A stretch of 44,626 bases of DNA, from positions 1 to 44,626 of the forward strand of contig JAUCBJ010001155.1 of the NCBI GenBank assembly GCA_032718475.1, in the 5' to 3' direction. The stretch's first letter is position 1. The number at the start of each line of letters is the position of its first letter. Origin of the DNA: Nemertoderma westbladi. Its lineage: Eukaryota; Animalia; Xenacoelomorpha. A program made the translations under genes and the position numbers. The notes beneath the pieces are model-generated. The model saw only the letters and a list, made by a program, of their open reading frames with translations, did not search any database and was not told the DNA's origin. This document shows, piece after piece, positions 23,434 through 33,427 of the stretch.

Positions 23434-25341
23434 TGTATTCAAGTAATAATAATACTATTGAGAGAATTGAGTAGGCCTAACATTACTACAGAACTGCAAT
23501 TACAGAAGTGACATCTGAAGACATAGCTAGCTGCATTCCTAAGCTGTATAAAATATGCTTATACTGTAATTACGGTCCAATTGTTGACCATATATATACC
23601 AATGCAGAAATATTTTTGCGCAGTAATCCTTAAGATAAATCTAATATTATATCATCAAATTTCAAAATTTTCATTAACACATTTTTTTCACAATGAAATT
23701 ATATATATTAGATAAATCATTTATATATTAAAACAATTAAAGTCACTGTTAACTAACTATATTTATTGAACATTATTTTTGTAAATTATTTATTAAAATT
23801 AAATATATATTAAAGTTAATTAGCTGTAAATAGCACAATGTCGGTACTTATTACCAACTTTACGAAAAAATCAAACTATCTGGGTATGAAATGCGTATCT
23901 AACAACCACATTTGAACAGTTTCATATGTAATTTTTAACAAAATATGGATAACTTCGTCAATTTTTACAGTATTGCTGCGAAACTATTGATCAGGGGTCT
24001 TCAAAAGTGTGTTCTATACCCACTAAATCGGCAATTGCGGTTCCAATGATACCACTTTCGAGTTCATAGGACCATTGAAACTCTATTTACATCATATTCA
24101 CTACACAACCCACTATGCGTAAGGTAAAAATGGGACATATGGCACCAAAATTAATGTCTACTGATGAAAATGAAATTTTTTTCAAAATTTTTTTGTTTTT
24201 CATAATTCTGAGATGATAGCGGTCAGAATGTGGGGCGACCCCCTTGATTTCAAAGACATGACCTAAAAAGTGCTATCTACCTCCTACCCCTATAGGTAGC
24301 CTACTGTACGTGTACCAGTACTGCAGTACAGTATGCTGGCATGCTTGACAGCAGTAAATGGCTGCAGTGGTACAGTCTGACAGTGTACAATCATAGCATT
24401 TACAATTTTTTAAATTAGGGCCTATCTGTAATAGTCTGCTAGTCAGCCAGCTGGCCAGTACCAGTACTGCAGTACAGTCCACAGTCAGTCAGTCATTGTC
24501 ATTGACTTTAAGTAAATACTGCAGTATTATCAGATTATACTTGATATTGAAGCTGTACTACAGTACCTACTTATAGTGTTAAATAATTGTTCATTTAGAA
24601 TATGCACGAAATATAATACTTTATTAAAAAATTAACTCCGGCAATATTTTTACCGGAGCCGGAGCAGGAGCCGGAGGTGCCAAAATGGCCGGAGCCGGAG
24701 GCCGGAGCTCCGATCGAGCCCTAATAATAAATAATATACTGAGAGAAGTTCGCTTTGCTTTCAACGTGGGATCTAAGTTCGCTTCGCGACTAACATGATG
24801 ATTACATGATGGAAATTTTGAAAAAAGGAAATTTTATTAATAGCATAAATTTGGATCTAAGTTAAACTAGTTAGAATCTATGTTCGGAAATATCTAAGAT
24901 CATCAAAATCAGGCCTCTAAAAATACAGTAGCGACTAAGCGAGTAGCCGAGTAGATGTAGGCCTACAAGTTCTCTCCTAACTGCTTAACATATTATATTT
25001 AACATCATGGGATGTATCATTACCAGTAGCGTAGCGGGTAGCATCCAACTGTCCAATGAGTAGAAAGGATTCCAAAAATCCTTTAGAAGGCCTATTATTA
25101 TGTATTAGTAGAGTTAAGGATGCTCCTTCCCAGAATTTAGTCTTACAGTCTTATGTTACGCATACACATGTCTACAGTCCACAGTCCTTTACGGCTGATC
25201 GGTGCGATTCGGTGGTAGTTCTGTGATCTGGGTTAGTAGGGTCTGGCCTTGGCCTACTGCCTGACTGCGATAGGCTGCCTGTGTCGCTGTGTGCCCAGGT
25301 TAGCAGGTGTGCCTGGCCTACTTATATCAGTATATGGAGCA

Positions 25342-26760
25342 ATGGCATACCATATGGTAGATAATAATGATGGTTATGAAAGTAATCGCGTATCCGAACA
25401 ACCGTTATGGAAATCCTATCTGTACCAACTTCAACAGCAGGCACCCAAACCGAAACGGATTGTGTCTGAGCGCTCTATTCCCAACCGTCCCGAATTCTAC
25501 GGACGAGAATACCACGGCCCGATATCGCGCGAACAAGCGACGCAGTTGCTCCGAGCCGACGGTGATTACTTGATCCGCGAGAGTCAACGCCAGCCCGGGA
25601 GCTACACACTGGGACTCCGCTTCCACGGGGATAACAAAAACTACAAACTTTACTTCGACCACTCCAGTCGGACACATTATGTCGGGGAGAAGCGATTCGA
25701 GACGATGCAGGAGTTGGTGCAAGACGGGTTGATCACGATGTACATGGAGCTGGAAGCCTCGGACTATATCTCAGTGATGGCCCAGGAGCCCGTGTACGAC
25801 CGGGTCACCCAGTTCCAGAAACACAAACATCCCGCACGTGTCGGTAACAGCGAGGTATCCGCTCGTCCCGGTAACGCCGAAGTTTACGCACCGGTACAGC
25901 AGCTGCAGGTGAGTATCGCTGAGGCTGACACCGCCGGTGACACCGCAGTTAGCACCGCTACTGCCGCACCGCAATGCTACGACTACGAGAAGCCACACGG
26001 TTTCAAGATGAACTCATTCAAAGGCCTCCACTGGTGTCAGTGGTGCGGAAACTTTATGTGGGGATTGGTGCAGCAGGGGATGCGCTGCGCAGATTGCGGT
26101 CTCATTATCCACAAACAATGCGCGGTCTCTGTCCCTCGTGACTGCGTCCCGGACATGAAGTTCGTTAAACGCGTGTTCGGGGTCGACCTGACCACCTTGG
26201 TGAAGGCGTATAAGACCAGCATCCCGTTCGTGGTGGAGGTCTGCGTGCGGGAGTTGGAGAGCCGCGGCTTGCATTGCGAGGGGCTGTACCGGGAGTGCGG
26301 GTTCAACGAGGACATCGAGTCGATCCGATCCGCGTTCGAGTCCGACGGCGCGGGAGCTCGACTCGAAGAGTTCGACGACGTGAACGCGGTCGCCGGGGCG
26401 CTCAAACTCTACTTCCGGGACCTGCCCATCCCGCTGATTAGTTTCGAGGCGTATCCCCACTTTATAGCGGCGGCCAATCGTGAGTCGTTCCCGCAGCGGG
26501 TGGAGTCGCTCCGCGCCGCGTTGCAGGCCCTCCCTCCCGCGCACTTCCAGACGCTCCGATACTTCCTCGCTCATCTCGTTCGCGTCTCCCGCCTCTCCGA
26601 CTCCAACCTGATGGGGCCGGAGAACCTCGGCGTTGTGTTCGGCCCCACGCTCCTCCGCTGCCCGGAGTCCCAGTCCTGGGCGATGTTATCCGAGTTGCCC
26701 ACACAGCGACTCGTTGTGGAACTGCTCGTCACCGGGTATACAACTCTGTTTCCGAGCTAA
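25342..26760 (+). CDS. CHN: Chimaerin (N-/beta-chimaerin family Rac GAP: SH2 + C1 + RhoGAP), single exon
   Basis: Chimaerin N-terminus WKSYLYQLQQQAP...FYGREYHG; SH2 (GDYLIRES); complete C1 zinc finger H-x12-C-x2-C-x13-C-x2-C-x4-H-x2-C-x7-C; RhoGAP (VFGVDLTTLVKA, EGLYR, ALKLYFRDLPIPL, NLM..NLGVVFGPTL). First in-frame ATG is 25342; the ORF track uses an upstream TTG. Confidence 0.95.
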   Translation: MAYHMVDNNDGYESNRVSEQPLWKSYLYQLQQQAPKPKRIVSERSIPNRPEFYGREYHGPISREQATQLLRADGDYLIRESQRQPGSYTLGLRFHGDNKNYKLYFDHSSRTHYVGEKRFETMQELVQDGLITMYMELEASDYISVMAQEPVYDRVTQFQKHKHPARVGNSEVSARPGNAEVYAPVQQLQVSIAEADTAGDTAVSTATAAPQCYDYEKPHGFKMNSFKGLHWCQWCGNFMWGLVQQGMRCADCGLIIHKQCAVSVPRDCVPDMKFVKRVFGVDLTTLVKAYKTSIPFVVEVCVRELESRGLHCEGLYRECGFNEDIESIRSAFESDGAGARLEEFDDVNAVAGALKLYFRDLPIPLISFEAYPHFIAAANRESFPQRVESLRAALQALPPAHFQTLRYFLAHLVRVSRLSDSNLMGPENLGVVFGPTLLRCPESQSWAMLSELPTQRLVVELLVTGYTTLFPS

Positions 26761-26825
26761 CTTAATCTCCCAGTTAATTATTCTAATATTATTACGACCA
26801 TAAATAATCTCCACATCTCTCCCCC

Positions 26826-26831
26826 AATAAA
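26826..26831 (+). promoter_or_regulatory. Candidate polyadenylation signal for the chimaerin gene
   Basis: AATAAA 65 nt after the stop codon; weak evidence in AT-rich DNA. Confidence 0.35.
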
Positions 26832-28238
26832 CCATTTAGTAAGAAAATTTATAAATATTACAGACAGAGGTGTTTTTATATTAATTAATCAAAATCATTA
26901 TTTAATTTTCTACTGACTGCGACTACTACAAATTTTTTAACATTGTACTCGCTGTACATCTAACTTATGCTATACGGATATTTAAATTCTACAAATATTA
27001 TTAACGTTTGAAATTAAGTTAAGTTTTAAGTTATCGCTAAAAGTTTGAAGTGAGTTTGCGTAATGATAGAACCGCTTTATATCTATATGTAATTAATTAT
27101 TTTAATGATAATGTTTATGTGTTTCCCAAAATTGCATATTTAACCGATTAATAACCGGCGATTCAGAAATAAAGATTGGACTATATTCCCTCATGTACAT
27201 GTAGATGGATGCAAATGCAACTTATTTTCATAAAACTGTCTGACGTTCCTGCACCGTAAGCTTTACGTCTGCTTCTGGATGCTGTATAGTGTACGTATGG
27301 TGGTATCATCAATCAGTAACGCAATTTGTTGCATTTAGTCCCACTTTATTTGTATTTAGGGCTACTGGTACTATCAGACACACCACATAAAGTCTACCCT
27401 TACTATCCCTTGAAGATAATAAATCCATGGCTACTTAAGCAAGGGAAGGTGAGAAAACAATTTGGTGAAATACAATTTCGTGCAGTATTACATGAAAATA
27501 TAAAGTTTTTCTCCTTATTGCCCTTAAGTGGGAATTAAAGCTAATTGTTTTTCATGTGATAAACAGTTAACTGGAGTGGATATTCTAACTTACAATCTTC
27601 CTCTCACCAACCTAACCACAACTAACTAACTCAATCTCTCTATATATCTCTAACCCTTATTATAACATACCGGTGACTAGATCGAACTGTACGTGTACAC
27701 CTACATCACTACACTAACTTACAATGAGTTAATCTTTAATTCCAACATCTAACTAAATTGTGATATAATTCTACTCCCGGCTTTAACAGCTGATAACTTC
27801 TCTCTCTCTCTCTCTCCAGTGCTGCAACAAGCAATTCCATTTATTCATGTTATCTAGTTTGAATCACGTTAGATTGGATATATATTTGTATTACTTATTT
27901 ATTTCACTAAATGGAATGAATACCTAAAAATATATATGTTTTTGATTAGTTGTTTGTTTTGATTTAATGGTCTTTACGGTTTGTAGACTTAATATATTAA
28001 TTGTATGAGATTTAAGAGTACAATAAATAATTGTGAAATTATTGATTATTGCCGAGCAACGATTGTATCAAACTTACTATTTTTTTAAATCGGAATTATC
28101 GTTTTATTTATTTTTGGTTCCCGACTTTTCCACTCGGGTAATTAACACCTTCAATAATCGGGAAATAATGATGTAAATTTATCTTTTGAAATAACATAAT
28201 AGTAGGTAGTGGGCGGAAGAGTTTAAGTATGTTTTTAA

Positions 28239-29484
28239 GGCTAACTCCCGCAAACTAAAAATAAACAGTTGCTATATTTCCCCTTCGAATCGAGAGGCCT
28301 TTCTCCAGGTAGTAAGTAACATAACGATGTTATATTTTCAAAAGTAGCACGTTGGGGCGACAACAGTAAGTGCCACGCATAAAGAAAATACCATAATAAC
28401 AAATTGAAAATTACCCAACTCTAGGTAACTAGTATGTTTATTAGATGCCTTGTTTACTAACTGCTTTTTTAGTCTGGGTCATCTAAAATTGTCCGTTTAT
28501 TTGGCTGTCATGATTGGTTTACTAACTAGTTACTCTAGTTTTTGGGCCCATCTGAAGTATGCGCTATAAAACACTTAATAAAGATAAATTAAAAAGAAAA
28601 AGGAAAAAATCTTCATATATAAAATTCCAATAAAATGTCACATGTGCATACTAACTTCTCTTTTTTGAGGCTGTACTGTATACACTGAGTGTGAGTAAAT
28701 TCCCTACTACCTACGTACCGTACATACTTCCATATTATATACAAATAATAATAATAATATTGATTATTTATATAGCGCTTTTCTACGCCCAGCATACTGC
28801 CAGGTCATTACCCCAGCAAAGCCAGGTTCCCATTATACCGCTGGGTTGGCGTAAACACTAATGTCTAAAGTTTCTCGCCTATATGGACACAACAGTGCGA
28901 AATTTCTACAGCCTTTAATCGGATTCGAACCTGCGCCACCAAACACTATTGTGTAAGCTAATGTATATTGTACATTACATGTACGTACATACTACATCAT
29001 ACTACTTGCTACTTTTATAAATCGTAGCTTAAGGTGACATGGTCCTACGTCAAAAAATGTAATTGTTCAGGAGATCCCATAAAAGATATATAGAGATATA
29101 TAGGGTCTTTTTGCAGTAAAATATTGCCCAATAGGATTATTAGCAATAATCATCACTTCCCATTGGTTAAAACTTTACATAGGACCTTTCTTCGGTAAAA
29201 TATTGTCCGCTGGGATATAGGGCTTCACTTTACCACGCAATAATCATCACTTCCCATTGGTTAAAGTGTTCAAAACTTTGCCAGCTGATAGACCATGTAT
29301 TAAAGCTTGGATTGTATAAAAAAAAAAGTAAATAAAATACGACAAAAAAACGACTTAGGGCCTTATGGAACTTAGCTTAACATCTTTATGGAAACATAAC
29401 ATCAGTATAATACTTACCTGAAGACAGCAGACAGGGAGGTCTGCCACATGGTGCTTCCTTAATTTATGTTAGCGGGAGTGAGCC
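28239..29484. mobile_element. Kolobok-like non-autonomous element (TTAA TSD, GG...CC termini)
   Basis: TTAA|GGCTAACTCCCGCAAAC (from 28235) vs reverse-complement right end TTAA|GGCTCACTCCCGCTAAC (to 29488). Inner inverted similarity CAGGTA..GTA...GATGTTAT. Confidence 0.72.
28743..28945 (-). mobile_element. tRNA-derived SINE (CORE-like body, L2-type tail)
   Basis: Minus strand: B-box GGTTCGAATCC (28921-28931), GTGTCC..AGGCGAGAAACTT, ACCCAGCGGTATAATGGGAACC, then AAGCGCTATATAAAT and a (TAT)n tail. Confidence 0.75.
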
Positions 29485-29964
29485 TTAAATACAACTACTT
29501 AATTTAATATCAATTCAATTGTCTCATTTAATATAAATTTAATTGTTTCTATAAAAGCTTTATAATATTAAAGGCTGTTGCCGCGTCATAAAACGATGCA
29601 CTTTCATATTGTTGTAGGGCAACTGGCGATCTTGGAAACATGGGAATTTAAATTTGCATAACAAAAAGTATAAATTATAATTAAATGAGGAAGAAAAGTG
29701 CAGGAATTTATTATTAAAGAAAGCCACAAACTATAATTAAGCATAACAAGTAACCTGTTGTTTAGCTAGGTGATTGTGTGTCTTGTTAAGGTTAGATCAT
29801 TAATAAATTAAATATAATTTATAATAATTTTAAAATATTGTGCATTATGTATGGCCAGCGCCACCCATTAGTATATTGTCTTGTTCTCGATATAATATAA
29901 TTAATATAATTTTATTAAAAATAACCCACTCTGTATTCTGTGCTTTATTAAATCTACGGGACGC

Positions 29965-31869
29965 ATGGTCACGATGTGAAGTCTGCCACATGGTGCCCCG
30001 GTCACGATGTGAAGTCTGCCACATGGTGCCCCGGTCACGATGTGAAGTCTGCCACATGGTGCTCCAGTCACGACGTGAGGTCTGCCACATGGTGCCCCAG
30101 TCACGATGTGAGGTCTGCCATATGGTGCCCCAGTCACGGCGTGAGGTCTGCCACATGGTGCCCCAGTCACGACATGAGGTCTGCCACATGGTGCCCCAGT
30201 CACGACGTGAGGTCTGCCACATGGTGCCCCAGTCACGATGTGAGGTCTGCCATATGGTGCCCCAGTCACGACATGAGGTCTGCCACATGGTGCACCAGTC
30301 ACGAGGTGAGGTCTGCCATATGGTGCCCCAGTCACGACATGAGGTCTGCCACATGGTGCCCCAGTCACGACGTGAGGTCTGCCACATGGTGCCCCAGTCA
30401 CGATGTGAGGTCTGCCACATGGTGCCCCAGTCACGACATGAGGTCTGCCACATGGTGCCCCAGTCACGACGTGAGGTCTGCCACATGGTGCCCCAGTCAC
30501 GATGTGAGGTCTGCCATATGGTGCCCCAGTCACGACGTGAGGTCTGCCACATGGTGCCACAGTCACTTTGTGAGGTCTGCCACATGGTGTCCCAGTCACG
30601 ACGTGAGGTCTGCCACATGGTGCCCCAGTCACGACTCGAGGTCTGCCACATGGTGCACCACCATGACGTGAGGTCTGCCACATGGTGCACCACCATGACG
30701 TGAGGTCTGCGACATGGTGCCCCAGTCACGACGTGATGTCTGCCACATGGTGCCCCAGTCACGACGTGAGGTCTGCCACATGGTGCCCCAGTCACGATGT
30801 GAGGTCTGCCATATGGTGCCCCAGTCACGACATGAGGTCTGCCACATGGTGCACCAGTCACGACGTGAGGTCTGCCATATGGTGCCCCAGTCACGACATG
30901 AGGTCTGCCACATGGTGCCCCAGTCACGACGTGAGGTCTGCCACATGGTGCCCCAGTCACGATGTGAGGTCTGCCACATGGTGTCCCAGTCACGACATGA
31001 GGTCTGCCACATGGTGCCCCAGTCACGACGTGAGGTCTGCCACATGCTGCCCCAGTCACGATGTGAGGTCTGCCATATGGTGCCCCAGTCACGACATGAG
31101 GTCTGCCACATGGTGCACCAGTCACGACGTGAGGTCTGCCATATGGTGCCCCAGTCACGACATGAGGTCTGCCACATGGTGCCCCAGTCACGACGTGAGG
31201 TCTGCCACATGGTGCCCCAGTCACGATGTGAGGTCTGCCACATGGTGCCCCAGTCACGACATGAGGTCTGCCACATGGTGCCCCAGTCACGACGTGAGGT
31301 CTGCCACATGGTGCCCCAGTCACGATGTGAGGTCTGCCATATGGTGCCCCAGTCACGACGTGAGGTCTGCCACATGGTGCCCCAGTCACGATGTGAGGTC
31401 TGCCACATGGTGTCCCAGTCACGACGTGAGGTCTTCCACATGGTGCCCCAGTCACGACTCGAGGTCTGCCACATGGTGCACCACCATGACGTGAGGTCTG
31501 CCACATGGTGCACCACCATGACGTGAGGTCTGCCACATGGTGCCCCAGTCACGACGTGATGTCTGCCACATGGTGCACCACCATGACGTGAGGTCTGCCA
31601 CATGGTGCCCCAGTCACGACGTGAGGTCTACCACATGGTGCACCACCATGACGTGAGGTCTGCCGCATGGTGCACCACCATGACGTGAGGTCTGCCACAT
31701 GGTGCCCCAGTCACGACGTGATGTCTGCCACATGGTGCACCACCATCATGACGTGAGGTCTGCCACATGGTGCACCACCATGACGTGAGGTCTTCCACAT
31801 GGTGCACCACCATGACGTGGGGTCTGCCACATGGTGCACTACCATGACGTGAGGTCTGCCACATGGTAC
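29965..31869. repeat. 33-bp GC-rich satellite (~58 units) with a 32-bp variant
   Basis: Unit GTCACGACGTGAGGTCTGCCACATGGTGCCCCA. Variant CCATGACGTGAGGTCTGCCACATGGTGCACCA dominates the right end. Confidence 0.97.
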
Positions 31870-32099
31870 ACACTGCCGTCAGTGAGGTAGCTACAGTGCA
31901 CAGCGTCACTCAGATTAAAGTTACATTTTTGCTATTATTGTCACGATTCAATCATTGAAATGAACCTGGAAGTATTTGTGCACTACTGCTACTACTACTA
32001 TAATCGGCCTGCTGCATTGAAACTGCACATTGAGATGCTATGCAGGCTTAACAAAAATATTTTGTCACCACCGGCCGTGTCCTATAAGTAGCGTCTCAC

Positions 32100-32511
32100 A
32101 AAATTCATGGGGTGTCCACCATGCTTATTTTCGCCATTGGGCTGCCAAAGCAGAAGATTGTGCACAGGCTGGTCATCACGGGAAATTTGCATGTCCTTCA
32201 AAGCGGAGGCGGCTTTGTTCTACTGTCAAGGTTTGGGGAACCAAAGAGACATCTACAATGTTATATTATAGTGTCTGGTTAGAGATGTGTGCATTGTACT
32301 TGACACAATGAACCCGACGTAGCATTCTTGTGAATGCGCCACCTAGAGATTTGGTATCCTCAGAAGTTAGAGCCCAGCATGGACTCCCGTAGGAGTACTG
32401 GAACTACTGCTGCTCTAAATAATTGGACCGTCAAGTTTCCGATGAATTCTGTGTGACTTCCAAATCCTGGAAAGACCATTTAATGCTGCCGATGCCTTTC
32501 CCTTACGTATT
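32100..32511 (-). mobile_element. RTE-clade LINE fragment, second copy, extending further 3'
   Basis: 32286-32511 aligns with 13523-13750. It continues into RLRFEGH and LLLWQP-like C-terminal motifs with frameshifts. Confidence 0.8.
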
Positions 32512-32559
32512 TGTGCACAATAAATTATGATTTGCTCTAAAATTTTATTCGACCCACCG

Positions 32560-33008
32560 CAAATTGTGATTTACGCACGACCACGGGTTTCCATTTAAAG
32601 TGCGAGTTTGTGTGTGAAACTGTGGATCACCGCAGCCACAACTCTAGGACTCCCGTGAAAATAAGCTACAAAGCTTTAGGGGTAATCCTATATGTTATGT
32701 TGGACACGTTCGTGGGGCGTCGCGCAGCACGCGAACTTTGGCAAAAATTGGCAAAGAAATCAATTTGATCTGGAGTTAAAAGTTCGAGAGGTATTTGGCC
32801 GTAACTTTTAAAAATATTGGAACTTTTTCTCTAGTATGCCCAGCCCATACAAAATCTGGTTGAAAATTGTTAAAATCTTCAAAAGTTATTTACGAATGAA
32901 TTTTTTATTACAGATAGACAGACAGACGGACATGAAATTTTGCCATATTAACTAATTATAATTGTGCACTAAGGTTCGCCTTTACTGCGTGGCACGCCCT
33001 ACAGTACC
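32560..33008 (+). repeat. Helentron/HINE-like dispersed repeat
   Basis: 32870-33008 is homologous to 14128-14280 and contains the ACAG microsatellite. Left boundary uncertain. Confidence 0.4.
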
Positions 33009-33427
33009 CTTACAGTATACATTGTTGTTATTGTTTTTACATAAGAGAGGGCGTTCATAAAGATTTCACGCAAATTTCCTCGATTTTTGACCACCCCCCC
33101 CCCCCCCCCCCCCCCCCTCCCTCCCTCCCCAGACAAAAAATATTTTTATGTTAATAATACACAATGTTTGTTATGCCAAAATACACTTTAAAATATATTC
33201 AATCATATTTTCCCACGAGCAAGCCAATTGTTCATCTATTCTATATTAATAACATGTATTACAGAGTCGGTATCAATGCCTTCTATGTCCTCCTCAATTT
33301 ATCGTTTATACTCAGTGTGATTGAGTTTAAATGTTTTCCTTAAAGTTACCCAGTCATCTACAAATGTGTTAAGTCAAAGTGAGACACAACTGAGAAAACA
33401 TTTGTGAAAAAAAGTGAAAAACACTAC

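Larger units (their letters stand above)
19273..24292 (-). mobile_element. Putatively autonomous hAT-related (hATw-like) DNA transposon
   Basis: Outer 15-bp TIR TAGGGGTAGGAGGTA plus an inner ~120-bp imperfect inverted repeat (19291-19410 / 24148-24263). TAGGTAG duplicated at 19266-19272 and 24293-24299. One long ORF. Confidence 0.85.
18906..24723. mobile_element. hAT-type non-autonomous element (~0.8 kb shell) containing a nested autonomous transposon
   Basis: Perfect 16-bp TIR TAGGGCTCGATCGGAG. 8-bp TSD ATAATAAA at 18898-18905 and 24724-24731. CCGGAGCCGGAGCAGGAG subterminal repeats. Empty site visible in the upstream duplicate. Confidence 0.93.

Noticed and set aside
25249-25341. 31-aa N-terminal extension of chimaerin
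   Set aside because: Depends on a TTG start and shows no family similarity. The first ATG is 25342; an upstream exon cannot be excluded.
25909-25952. Perfect donor CAG|GTGAGT inside chimaerin as a mini-intron
   Set aside because: The most plausible nearby acceptors give 40- or 44-nt introns that break the frame, and the ORF is open without splicing.
28915-28945. tRNA gene
   Set aside because: Only a B-box is present, with no cloverleaf; it is the SINE head.
29840-31909. Long ORFs on both strands (up to 563 aa) and CRISPR-like periodicity
   Set aside because: The 33-bp unit is a multiple of 3 and lacks stops in most frames. There are no unique spacers and no cas genes; it is a eukaryotic satellite.
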